Assembly (NCBI GenBank): GCA_963749495.1
Contig: CAVVMW010000024.1
Span: 128,001 to 192,000 of the forward strand
Length of the DNA stretch: 64,000 nucleotides
Reading direction: 5' to 3'
From: an uncultured bacterium
Lineage (GTDB): Bacteria > Verrucomicrobiota > Verrucomicrobiia > Limisphaerales > UBA8199
The notes beneath the pieces are model-generated. The model saw nothing but the letters and a program-made list of their open reading frames with translations. It was not told the DNA's origin and did no database searches. The first letter of the stretch is position 1. Each line of letters begins with the position of its first letter. Of this stretch, positions 33,107-42,500 are shown piece after piece. The position numbers were made by a program, and so were the translations under genes.

Positions 33107-33979
33107 CTACGGGTCCAGGGCTGCGGCGGCGGTCATATCGGGGGTCCACGTGTTGACTATGTTGCCGTCCACACCGTCATGGGCTCGGTAGTCATTGTTC
33201 CAGTGCCGGCGCCACGTCGTGTTCTTCGGGTCCACCATCGGAGGGCGCTGGGAGGTGTCAACGTGGGTGTCGGCGAAGATGATGTCCACGCGATAGTTAT
33301 GGCGGTTGGAGGGCCATTGGCTGTGCCCGGAATCGGCGGCGGTCGGATCGAGATTGGCGTCGAAGCTGATCAGGCCGGCGATTTGCTCTCCCTTAACGTC
33401 GGCCAGCATGATCATCTCGGATGGCCGTACGATGTCGCTGTCCTTGACCGGCCCCTGATACCAGCCCCCGTCCACATCGCCCCCCAGGCCGAGCTGCGGC
33501 TTATGATTGATGTCCAGGCCCCAATCGTTGTATCCGAGCGAGAACCGTGAGGCGGGCGTGACGACAAATGGATCATATTTGCGGGTATATTCGCTGGTTC
33601 CGCCCAGGGTCTTATTGGCGTTGGTGTCCCACCACGCATTGGGCGGCGCGGCCGGGCAGTCGAAGGCGGCACGATTGTTCCCCATCAGGCTCAGGAGCCG
33701 CGTTGGCCAGACGTAGCTGCCCAGATTTGCCGAATAGTCGCCCGGATATTGCTTGAAGTCGCTCAGGTACATCGAAGTGGCAACGCCGATCTGGCGGAGG
33801 TTGTTGATGCACGAGGACTGCTTGGCGCGCGTCTTCGCCTTGGCGAGCGCCGGCAGGAGCATCGCCGCCAGGATCGCGATGATGGCGATAACGACGAGCA
33901 GTTCGATCAGGGTAAAGCCGCGGCAACGCCGTCCTCCCCTGCTCCCGCCCCCGCTCCCTGGATTCATGGGACTCTTCAT
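33107..33979 (-). CDS. Prepilin-type N-terminal cleavage/methylation protein (DUF1559-like)
   Basis: [32 protein letters not shown] and [15 protein letters not shown] motifs. Confidence 0.9.
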   Translation of the reverse strand: MKSPMNPGSGGGSRGGRRCRGFTLIELLVVIAIIAILAAMLLPALAKAKTRAKQSSCINNLRQIGVATSMYLSDFKQYPGDYSANLGSYVWPTRLLSLMGNNRAAFDCPAAPPNAWWDTNANKTLGGTSEYTRKYDPFVVTPASRFSLGYNDWGLDINHKPQLGLGGDVDGGWYQGPVKDSDIVRPSEMIMLADVKGEQIAGLISFDANLDPTAADSGHSQWPSNRHNYRVDIIFADTHVDTSQRPPMVDPKNTTWRRHWNNDYRAHDGVDGNIVNTWTPDMTAAAALDP

Positions 33980-34073
33980 ATTCGTGCCTTTCTATGCTGG
34001 CAACTACGAGACTATGGACAATATGCCCCAGAGAAATCAATGAGCAAATTCCATGTCCGTTCACCCGGCCGGG

Positions 34074-34272
34074 CCCGTTGACAAAGTCGCTCGGTAGGCC
34101 GGTGCGCCGGGAGCGCGAGCGTAGCGCAGACTTCCAAGTCTGCTGTGTCGCGGGTTTCCAAACCCGCAGGCCGTCCGCAAACCGGGCGCGCTCGATATGC
34201 CGACGCCCTGCCGATTTGGAAATCGGCGATACGGCAGGTTTGGAAACCTGCGCTACAACTTTGTCAACGGCC
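34074..34272. mobile_element. MITE-like element with CCGTTGACAAAGT / ACTTTGTCAACGG terminal inverted repeats enclosing a family B palindrome
   Basis: TIRs visible; the right part is an inverted near-copy of 4808-4935. Confidence 0.6.
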
Positions 34273-34275
34273 CCG

Positions 34276-35709
34276 TCACCCCGCCAGTGCCCGTGCGGTG
34301 GATTGGATGAGTTCCCAGGCGCGGCGGACGTGGCCGGCCTCGGTGCGGGTCTGGCCGACGCACAAGCGCAGGGTGAAGCGGCCGTTGAGGACGGTGTGGG
34401 TCAGGTAAAGGCGGCCGTCGCGGTTGAGTTGCTCGAGCAGGCGCCGGTTGAGGTCGTCGCCGCCGCGGTGGGCGAAGCAAACCAGGTTGAGCGGCGGCGG
34501 GGCCAGGAGTTGGAAGTCGGGCGAGGCCTCAACCCAGCGGGCGAATTGGCGGGCCAGCTCGACATGCCGCCGGACATGGTACTGGAGGCCCTGGACGCCG
34601 TAGTGGCGAATAACGAACCAGAGTTTGAGGGCGCGGAACCGGCGGCCCAGCGGCACCTGCCAATCGCGGTAATCGATGACGGCGCCGGACTCGGTGGCCT
34701 GGTTGCGCAGGTATTCGGGCAAAACGCTCAGCGCCTTGATAAGGGCCGCCCGCTCCGCCACGTAGAAACAGTCGCAGTCGAAATTGGTGAACATCCACTT
34801 GTGCGGATTGAAGGCGTAGGAATCGGCGTATTGGAGCCCCTCGAAAAAGTGGCGGAATTCGGGGCAGAGAGCGGCGGTGCCGGCCATGGCGCCGTCCACG
34901 TGAAGCCAGACCCGGTGCTCGGCACAGAGGCGGCCCAGCTCGGGCAGCGGATCGAAGGCGTTGGACGAGGTGGTGCCGGCCGTGGCCGAAACGAAGCACG
35001 GCTGCAGGCCGGCCTTTCGGTCCTGGGCGATTTGATGGGCCAGGGCCTCGGGCCGCATGGCGCAATGCGCGTCCACCTCGATGAACCGCAGATTGCGGCG
35101 TCCCAGCCCGGCTATCTTGACCGCCTTCTCGACCGATGAATGGGCGTGCGGCGAGGTATAGGCCGCCAGGCGGGCGGCGCAGCCCGTCTCATTGGTCTGG
35201 AGGCCGGTGGCGCGTTCGCGGGCGGCCAGCAAGGCGCAGAGCACGGCGCTGGAGGCGCTGTCCTGGATGACGCCGCCGCCGCTGCCGCAGGACTTGAACC
35301 GGGCCGGCAGCCCCGTCATGTCCGCCATCCAATCCAGCACATGCGTTTCCAGCTCAGTACACGCCGGGCTGGTGGCCCAAAGCATCCCCTGCACCCCCAG
35401 GCCGGCCGAGAGCAACTCTCCAAGGATGGACGGGCCGGAGTTGTTCGCGGGAAAGAAGGCAAAGAAATTCGGGGACTGCCAGTGCGTGATGCCCGGCAGG
35501 ATCACGCGGTCCACGTCTGCAAGGATGGCGTCGAACGGCTCGCCCTGCTGGGGCGGCTGGGCGGGCAGCGAGGCGCGGACCTGGCCCGGCTGCACGGCAG
35601 ACAGGACCGGCAGGGCTTCGACCCGCTCCAGGTAGGCGGCTATCCAATCCACCAGGGTGCGGCCCCAGCGGCGAAATTCCTCCGGGCTCATGTGGTAACT
35701 GGGCTCCAT
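34276..35709 (-). CDS. PLP-dependent aromatic L-amino acid decarboxylase (group II)
   Basis: GITHWQSPNF, TSPACTELE, HVDGA, NPHKW and DYRDWQVPLGRRFRALKLW motifs. Confidence 0.93.
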   Translation of the reverse strand: MEPSYHMSPEEFRRWGRTLVDWIAAYLERVEALPVLSAVQPGQVRASLPAQPPQQGEPFDAILADVDRVILPGITHWQSPNFFAFFPANNSGPSILGELLSAGLGVQGMLWATSPACTELETHVLDWMADMTGLPARFKSCGSGGGVIQDSASSAVLCALLAARERATGLQTNETGCAARLAAYTSPHAHSSVEKAVKIAGLGRRNLRFIEVDAHCAMRPEALAHQIAQDRKAGLQPCFVSATAGTTSSNAFDPLPELGRLCAEHRVWLHVDGAMAGTAALCPEFRHFFEGLQYADSYAFNPHKWMFTNFDCDCFYVAERAALIKALSVLPEYLRNQATESGAVIDYRDWQVPLGRRFRALKLWFVIRHYGVQGLQYHVRRHVELARQFARWVEASPDFQLLAPPPLNLVCFAHRGGDDLNRRLLEQLNRDGRLYLTHTVLNGRFTLRLCVGQTRTEAGHVRRAWELIQSTARALAG

Positions 35710-35885
35710 ATAATCAGTAGCCGGCAGTATCCCGGCGCGAGGGCCGAGTGTCGAGGGCCGAGTGTCGCTTGCAGATCAAATCCTCTTGAATGCGTTGGCC
35801 CCGTAATGGCACTATCGAGCCAGTCAAACAACAAAGCCTTTTTTTCGATTAACACCCGGCGCGGCGGGAAAACTACGATGGGTCC

Positions 35886-36926
35886 ATGGACGCGATGGAG
35901 CACATTGCCGGTTCGGCCGAGTTGCGCAAACACGGCACGTCGGTGCTGGGCTTTGCCAGCGCGTATGTGCGCTCCATGCGGCTCTATTACTCGTTCGTGA
36001 CGGGGATAGCCGGCTGGCTGGGGGTGGCCTACTACGAATATCTGGCGGGCAACCCGGCGTTGCGGACCGTCGAGGTCGTGCCGTCGGCCGACCGGAAGGG
36101 GATCATTCTGGGGCTGCTTTTTCTGAGTTGGGGGATAAACCAGATCGTCAACGATTACCTGGGGCTGGCGGAGGACCGGATCAATGCGCCGCAGCGGCCG
36201 ATGGTGACGGGTGAACTGCCGCCGCGGCCGGCGCTGCTGGTGTCCTTTGGGCTGCTGGCCGCAGCGGGAGCGGTGACGTGGTTTTGCCTGGAACCGATCG
36301 CCCTGGTGTTTCTGCTGGCGGGAGTGGCTCTCAACGTGGTCTATGAATATGCCAAGGGCCACGGGGTGTGGGGCAACATTGTCTTCGGGCTGATGATTGT
36401 CATGGCGCCGCTCTTCGGCGGCTTCGCCTCGGGGCCCACCGCCGCGAGCGTTTTTCAGCCCAACCGGATTTCGGTGCTGTTGCTGGTCGGCCTGATGAAC
36501 GGCTTGATGACCTATTACACCTATTTCAAGGATTACCAGGGCGACCTGCTCGCCGGCAAACGCACGCTCGTCGTGAGGTCCGGGCTGGAGAAATCCCGCG
36601 TCCTGGCGATCGTTTCGGCGTTTCTGCCCACCCTGGTCTTCGCGGCGTTGCGGCTGAGCGGGATGCACCGGACGCCTTTGAACCATACCTTCATCCTCCT
36701 GGGAATTCTGACGGTCTTTCTCCAACTCTGGACGGGTGTGCTCTACTGGCGCAATCCCAGCGGGGTCAAGACGTATGCCTCGCTCAAGACCAACTTCCGC
36801 GCCTGCACGTGCGGCCAGGCCGCCCTGGTCGGCATCTTCAACCCGGACCTCGCCCTCTGGCTGTTTATCTTTTCCTACGTCTTCGTCGGGTTCCTCTTCG
36901 ATCTCCATGCCAACCCCAAGCAATGA
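35886..36926 (+). CDS. UbiA family prenyltransferase
   Basis: NQIVNDYLGLAEDRINAPQRP and YFKDYQGD motifs; multiple TM helices. Confidence 0.85.
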   Translation: MDAMEHIAGSAELRKHGTSVLGFASAYVRSMRLYYSFVTGIAGWLGVAYYEYLAGNPALRTVEVVPSADRKGIILGLLFLSWGINQIVNDYLGLAEDRINAPQRPMVTGELPPRPALLVSFGLLAAAGAVTWFCLEPIALVFLLAGVALNVVYEYAKGHGVWGNIVFGLMIVMAPLFGGFASGPTAASVFQPNRISVLLLVGLMNGLMTYYTYFKDYQGDLLAGKRTLVVRSGLEKSRVLAIVSAFLPTLVFAALRLSGMHRTPLNHTFILLGILTVFLQLWTGVLYWRNPSGVKTYASLKTNFRACTCGQAALVGIFNPDLALWLFIFSYVFVGFLFDLHANPKQ

Positions 36927-37077
36927 GAAAAGAATGCTCAACCACAGATGAACACGGATAAGATGAAACCACGGAATACGCGGAATACACGGAAAGAAAA
37001 CCGTCTGCCTCTGTGTTCCGTGTGTTCCGTGTGTTCCGTGGTTTCTTCCTTGCTCTGTTTTAGGTGAACCCACTCTT

Positions 37078-38296
37078 ATGCGCGTCTTCGAACCAGCGAG
37101 AATCGGGGGAGTGGAACTGCCGAACCGGATACTGCGGTCCGCCACGTTCGAAGGGCTCTGCGACGGGCAGGGCAGTCCCGGGGAGAGCTACCGGGACTTT
37201 TACGCCCGGCTGGCCACGCAGGGCTCGGGGCGGTGATTACCGGCTTTGCTTATGTGAGCGCGCAAGGCAGGGCCATGCAGCCGGGCCAGGCGGGCATTGA
37301 GTCGGACGCCAAGGTGGCGGCCTTTCGGCGCGTGACCGAGGCGGTCCATCGGAACAGCGGGCGCATCTTCCTGCAACTGGCCCATGCGGGGCGGCAGACC
37401 ACGCCGGCGGCGGCCGGGGGCGTTGTCTTTGGGGCCTCGGCCAGGCAGTCGCGCTACTTCAATGCCCGTCCCTGCCCGCTGACGGGGCCCCAGATTGAGG
37501 AGACAGCCACGGCTTTCGGGGCTGCCGCGGGGCGCGCCCGTGAGGCGGGCTTCGACGGCGTGCAACTGCACGCGGCGCACGGCTACCTGCTGCACCAGTT
37601 CATCCATCCCGCCATCAATGACCGGACCGATGGTTACGGCCTGGATGCGCGCCGCGGCATCGGCACGGCCTTCGTCGAGCGGGTGATCGCCGAGGCGCGC
37701 CGGGCCTGCGGGCCGAGTACCCGTTGCTGATCAAGGTCAGCGCCGGAGACAACTACCGGCGCCCGCTGCGAGAGAGCGAGTTCGTCGAACTCATCCGTTT
37801 CCTGGAAGGCTGCGGGCTGGCGGCGGTGGAAATCAGCTTCGGCACCATGGACGATGCCCTGAATATTTTTCGCGGGCAGACGATCCCATACAAAGCCATC
37901 CTCGCTTTCAATCCCCGCTACGGGCGCCGGTGCGGGCTGCGGCGGTGGGCAAACCGGGTTTTCATCCTGCCGGTCTTGAAGCGGCGCTGCACGCCCTTCG
38001 AGCCGATGTATAACCTGGCCCGCGCGCGGCTGGCCAAGCGGCACACGAAGATGCCGGTGATTTGCGTGGGCGGTTTCCGCAGCGGACGCCACATCAAGCA
38101 CGCGATCGAGGAGCAGGGGATCGATTTTGTGAGCTTGTGCCGGCCCATCGTCTGCGAGCCGGGATTCGCGCTCAAGCTCCGGCAAGACGAGGCCTGCAAG
38201 TCGCGCTGCCGCAATTGCAACCAGTGCGCGGTCTTGTGCGACTCCGGCCGGCCTACCCGGTGTTATGGGGCCGCGCAGGAGGGAGGGCAGATATGA
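37078..38296 (+). CDS. NADH:flavin oxidoreductase (old yellow enzyme family); frameshifts near 37228 and 37715
   Basis: LPNRILRSATFE, QLAHAGRQ, GFDGVQLHAAHGYLLHQF and SLCRP; C-terminal CxxCxxC. Confidence 0.85.
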
Positions 38297-38344
38297 CCCC
38301 CGCGCGTTTTCTCGGGGCAGACATTGGGCTGGGCTGCGGTGAGA

Positions 38345-38458
38345 TGGGAGTGCGCCCGTCCTCGGGCGCAGCGCCGTCCGCAGCCAGGGCAGCAGTCGAG
38401 TACTCCGGCGCGCGGGCCCGCTCCGTCGCTGCTGCGCCCGAGGACGGGCGCACTCCGG
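38345..38458. repeat. Inverted repeat GGAGTGCGCCCGTCCTCGGGCGCAGC...GCTGCGCCCGAGGACGGGCGCACTCC
   Basis: Directly visible. Confidence 0.85.
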
Positions 38459-38487
38459 CCATTTGTCCGGATGATTGTGTTTGAGCT

Positions 38488-38853
38488 ATGAGCATCGAAG
38501 AAAAAGTCGTTTCCATTGTCCGTGCCAATACCGAAGAAAAGGACGGCGTCACCCTGGACAGCGACCTGCGCAAGGAGTTGCGCCTGGATTCCTTCGGGAC
38601 CTTGATGATCCTCAACGCCCTCGAAGAGACTTACAACATCGCCGTCGACGAGGCCGACTTCGCCCAGGTCAATCGCGTGAGCGATATCGTGACCCTGCTG
38701 AGCTCGAAATATGGCGTCGGCGCCACATGTTCAGTGGGGGGCGGGATAGGGCAAACCCCCAGACCCCTCACCCCGGCCCTCTCCCCATCAGATGGGGAGA
38801 GGGAGACCACCGCCGGCCGTCCGATGAATCCGGCGGAGCGCACCCATCAGTAA
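38488..38853 (+). CDS. Acyl carrier protein; C-terminus extended through a family E repeat
   Basis: Acidic core of about 80 aa with LRLDSF phosphopantetheine site and LEETYNI. Confidence 0.88.
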   Translation: MSIEEKVVSIVRANTEEKDGVTLDSDLRKELRLDSFGTLMILNALEETYNIAVDEADFAQVNRVSDIVTLLSSKYGVGATCSVGGGIGQTPRPLTPALSPSDGERETTAGRPMNPAERTHQ

Positions 38854-38860
38854 ACCCGCC

Positions 38861-40078
38861 ATGGAAGCAACCCAATTCTACAAGACCCTGGGGGTGGACC
38901 GTTCGGCCCTCGACAGGCTCGGGTTCAACCCCTATTACCGGCCGCTGAGCGGCTTGCGCCGCGGGCTGCCGCTGAGTCAGGGGCGGGTGTGCTACGATCT
39001 GGCCTCCAACGATTACCTGGGCCTGGCCTCGGAGCCGCGCATCCACCGGGCCATGGCCGCGGCCATCGAGCAATACGGCTCATCAATGTGCGGCACGCCG
39101 GTGGCCACGGGTTACGCCCATATCCTGGGCGAGTTGGAGAAGGCGCTTTGCCAGTTTGTCGGCCTGGAAGACGCTGTGGTCTTTCCCTCGTGTTACCAGG
39201 CCAACCAGGCCCTGTTCGGCGCCATCGCCGGGCCTGGGGATGTCATCCTGGTGGATCGCGGCGCCCATGCCTCGCTGGTTCAGGGCATCCGGGCCGCAGG
39301 CCCCAAGATCAAGCCGTTCCGGCACAACGACCTCGATCACCTCGAAAAACTCCTGGTTGCCTCCACGGGTTTCCGCCAGAGCTTCGTGGTCACCGAGTCA
39401 GTGTTTTCAACCGAAGGCGCGGTGGCCCCGCTGGCGGGGATAGTTGGATTGTGCCGGCGCCACGAGGCGGTGGCGGTCGTGGACGATTCGCACGGGCTTG
39501 GCGTGCTGGGCACGGGCGGACGAGGCATCCTCCAGGACCAGGCGCTGGCCGATTTCGAGGGCATCTACACCGCCTCGCTCGGCAAGGCGCTGGCCAATGC
39601 GGGCGGGGTCATTGCCGGGAAACGGGCCTTGATCGAGGCGCTGCGCTACTGCTGCCCGGCACTGATCTACTCGACGGCGCTCACGCCCTCATGCGCCGGG
39701 GGCGTCCTGGCCGCGCTGGACATCCTCCGGCTCGAGTTCGGCGTCCTGGGCAAGGCGATGTGGCAGAACCACCGGCGGCTCCAACAGATGCTCCAATCCC
39801 GCGGCTTCGAACTACACCCGGCTGGCGCGCCCATCGCGGCGATTCGCTGCCTCTCGCCCGAGCACACGATTGCGCTGGCCCGGGATTTCTGGCGCCAGGC
39901 AGTCCTGACGACCCCTTTTGTGCCCCCTTCGGTCCCGCCAGGTCAGGGCGTGCTGCGGCTGATCGCAGGGGCCAAGCTGAGCGAGCCGGCTTTGAGCCAG
40001 GCGCTCGAGGCGGTGGAGCGCGTCGGCACGCAGATACCAGAGGCCGCCCTGGCGGTGGCGGAGAAAGGCCAGCGATGA
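38861..40078 (+). CDS. Alpha-oxoamine synthase (AONS/serine palmitoyltransferase/KBL family)
   Basis: SNDYLGL, HASL, FRHND, ESVFSTEG, DDSHG and SLGKA (PLP lysine) motifs. Confidence 0.9.
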   Translation: MEATQFYKTLGVDRSALDRLGFNPYYRPLSGLRRGLPLSQGRVCYDLASNDYLGLASEPRIHRAMAAAIEQYGSSMCGTPVATGYAHILGELEKALCQFVGLEDAVVFPSCYQANQALFGAIAGPGDVILVDRGAHASLVQGIRAAGPKIKPFRHNDLDHLEKLLVASTGFRQSFVVTESVFSTEGAVAPLAGIVGLCRRHEAVAVVDDSHGLGVLGTGGRGILQDQALADFEGIYTASLGKALANAGGVIAGKRALIEALRYCCPALIYSTALTPSCAGGVLAALDILRLEFGVLGKAMWQNHRRLQQMLQSRGFELHPAGAPIAAIRCLSPEHTIALARDFWRQAVLTTPFVPPSVPPGQGVLRLIAGAKLSEPALSQALEAVERVGTQIPEAALAVAEKGQR

Positions 40079-40109
40079 CAAAGGTGCCAATGCGTGACCT
40101 TCACAAACT

Positions 40110-40288
40110 TCACCGCGTAGCGGTGGCTGACGGTAGCCGTGGACTTCCAGTCCACGGATTTCAGGACCGGGCTGACCCGCGTCGCGTAGCGACGCCTGAA
40201 GCGTCGCTACGCGACGCTTGCTGCTTCCCCCGCCCGACCCCATGGACTGAAGTCCATGGCTACCTTCAAGCGTCGCTCCGCGACGCAC
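40110..40288. repeat. Family D palindromic element
   Basis: GGTAGCCGTGGACTTCCAGTCCACGG...GTCGCGTAGCGAC...CCATGGCTACC. Confidence 0.85.
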
Positions 40289-40307
40289 AATGTGGCGTAT
40301 GCCAACG

Positions 40308-41312
40308 ATGAAATACTCTTTTATCGTCAATCTGCACTCCCGGAATGGGCGGGGGCGGAATCGGCTGGCGGCGTTGCGGGAGCAGATCCGCCGACGGGGG
40401 CTGCGGCATGAGCTGGTCTGCTGCGAGACGTTCGACCAGGCGCGCCAACTCTCCAGACAGGCCGCCCTGGCGGGGTGCGATGTCGTGGTGGCCGTGGGCG
40501 GCGACGGCACGATCAACCGCGTGCTCAACGGGTTGTTTGACGCGGACGGACACCGCCTCTGCGGGGCGCGGCTTGGGGTGGTGCACATTGGGACGAGCCC
40601 CGATTTTTGCCGCAGCTACGGCGTGCCGACCGAGTTGGGCGCCGCGATGGAGGCCCTTTGCTCGGGTGAGAGCCGCGCTATCCCGGTGGGGAGGGTGACC
40701 TACACGACTGAGGACGGGCTGGAGAATGGACGTCCAAGCCAGTTCTTCGGCTGCTGCGCCAACATCGGCCTGGGCGCCGCCCTGGCGCGGCTGGCCAACG
40801 GCGGCATTCGCAAATATGCAGGCGATTTCCTCGGCACGCTCCTCTCACTGCTGCGCTTGTTGCCTCGTTACCGCCCGCAGACGGTGCCGATGGCCCTGGA
40901 TGGCCGGGCGCGCCGCATCTCGGGTGTGTACAACGTGGCCGTGGGCAAGACCGCCTATATCGCCTCGGGCATCAAGGTGTCCCATGCGCTCGGGCCGCAC
41001 GACGACCGGTTCTACGTCCTGTGCGCGCGCAACCTGGCCTGGAGCAATGTCGCCCGCATGCTGCGCGCCCTCTACAGCGGCCGGCCAATCGTCTCGGATG
41101 CCAACCTTTGGCTCGAATATGCGCGCCGTGTCGAATTCGGCCCGGTCCAGGGCGGAGCCGAGGTGGAATTCGACGGCGATCCCGCGGGCCAATGCCCATG
41201 CCGGATCCAGACGGCGCCTGAGCCTGTGGAGCTGGCGGGGGCGGGGACAAGCAAGGACCGCCGCTCGGCAGAAAGAAGAGGAAGGCAGAAAGATGGGGGC
41301 AGAAAGATATGA
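40308..41312 (+). CDS. Diacylglycerol/sphingosine kinase family lipid kinase (YegS/DgkB-like)
   Basis: IVNLHS, VAVGGDGTIN, GTSPDF and EFDGD motifs. Confidence 0.88.
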   Translation: MKYSFIVNLHSRNGRGRNRLAALREQIRRRGLRHELVCCETFDQARQLSRQAALAGCDVVVAVGGDGTINRVLNGLFDADGHRLCGARLGVVHIGTSPDFCRSYGVPTELGAAMEALCSGESRAIPVGRVTYTTEDGLENGRPSQFFGCCANIGLGAALARLANGGIRKYAGDFLGTLLSLLRLLPRYRPQTVPMALDGRARRISGVYNVAVGKTAYIASGIKVSHALGPHDDRFYVLCARNLAWSNVARMLRALYSGRPIVSDANLWLEYARRVEFGPVQGGAEVEFDGDPAGQCPCRIQTAPEPVELAGAGTSKDRRSAERRGRQKDGGRKI

Positions 41313-41400
41313 ACCTCAGCGAAACGGCGATCGGTGAACCTTCACGTTTCACGTTTCACGTTTCCCGTTTCACGTTTCACGTTTCAGCCTATCTCCGGCT

Positions 41401-42498
41401 ATGACCCTCAGCGAACACGCCATCTGTGAACTGCTCAGCGGGAGGCTGCCGTCGGGGCGGCTCAACCAGTGCTTCGAGTCGGACGCGGAAGTGATTGTGC
41501 TCAACGGGGGGCAGTGTCTCTTCACGATGGACGAGTTCTCGGGGGAAGACCTGTTTCGCGAGGGCGATGCGCGGCTGCTGGGCTGGAACATTGCGGTGGG
41601 GGCGATCAGCGATATTTACGCCTGCGGCGGCCGCCCGCTCTATTATGCGCACGCGCTGACAGTGAATGAGAGGTGGGACGGCAGGTATGTCGGCGGGTTT
41701 GGCGAGGGTGTCCGGGACGTACTCGAGGCGACGGGCGCGCGGTTTATCGGCGGGGATTGCGGCCGCTCCAGGCTCTGGCGCTGCACGGTGTCGGTGCTGG
41801 GCGCGTGCGACGGCACGCCGATTCTGCGCCGAGGCGCGGCGCCCGGCGACGGCATTTACCTGAGCGGTCAGGTCGGCGCCGGCAACCTCGAAGCGGCGCT
41901 GCGGTTGGCGGAGGCCGGGGCAGCGCCGGGGCAGGGCCTGGCCTTGCCCGCCGCCGCTCTGGCGGGCAATCCCAATGGCGGGCCGGCGGCGAGTTGGAAG
42001 CTGGACTGGGTGATGCGGCTGCCTGTGCGCCGGCAGGAATCGATGCTCGTGAAGAAGTTCGCCTCGGCCTGCATTGACACGAGCGATGGAGTGTGGGCGG
42101 GGCTCAACGCGCTGGGGGACCTCAACGGGTGCGGCTACGCCGTGGCCGATCTGCCCTACCTGGAGGCGGGACTGGACTTTTGCGGGAGGCTCTCGCGGCC
42201 CAGGAGCCTGCTCTTCCTGGGGGAGTGCGGGGAGTACGAATTGCTCTTTACGGTGAGACCGGAGCGTGAGGAGCCCTTGATGGCTGCGGCGCGGGAGCAG
42301 GGGTGCCGGTTGCACCGGCTGGGGAGCATGACGGCCGGCCCAAGGAGTCTCCGGGAAGAGGGGCGGACCACGGACCTCGCCTCCTGGCACATCCGGGCCC
42401 GTGATTATGCGACGCCAGAGGAGTATCTGGAGGCGCTCGTGGACGGGCTCGGGCGGGCTGCGGCGCCGGAGGACCGGCCCGACGGGCCCAGGAGTTGA
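41401..42498 (+). CDS. ThiL-like (thiamine-monophosphate kinase/PurM superfamily) kinase
   Basis: ISDIYACGG, FIGGD, RRGAAPGDGIY, IDTSDG and GEYELLFTV motifs. Confidence 0.8.
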   Translation: MTLSEHAICELLSGRLPSGRLNQCFESDAEVIVLNGGQCLFTMDEFSGEDLFREGDARLLGWNIAVGAISDIYACGGRPLYYAHALTVNERWDGRYVGGFGEGVRDVLEATGARFIGGDCGRSRLWRCTVSVLGACDGTPILRRGAAPGDGIYLSGQVGAGNLEAALRLAEAGAAPGQGLALPAAALAGNPNGGPAASWKLDWVMRLPVRRQESMLVKKFASACIDTSDGVWAGLNALGDLNGCGYAVADLPYLEAGLDFCGRLSRPRSLLFLGECGEYELLFTVRPEREEPLMAAAREQGCRLHRLGSMTAGPRSLREEGRTTDLASWHIRARDYATPEEYLEALVDGLGRAAAPEDRPDGPRS

Positions 42499-42500
42499 AC

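Noticed and set aside
38861..40078. Calling this gene bioF or spt
   Set aside because: Family motifs are clear but specificity cannot be read from sequence alone. There are no other bio genes and no recognisable ceramide synthase nearby.
41401..42498. Selenophosphate synthetase SelD supporting the Sec hypothesis
   Set aside because: Same superfamily, but the motifs (GGD, IDTSDG, EYELLFT) fit ThiL. The SelD N-terminal Cys/Sec-x-x-Lys and DVTGFG motifs are absent. I found no selA, selB or selC in the window.
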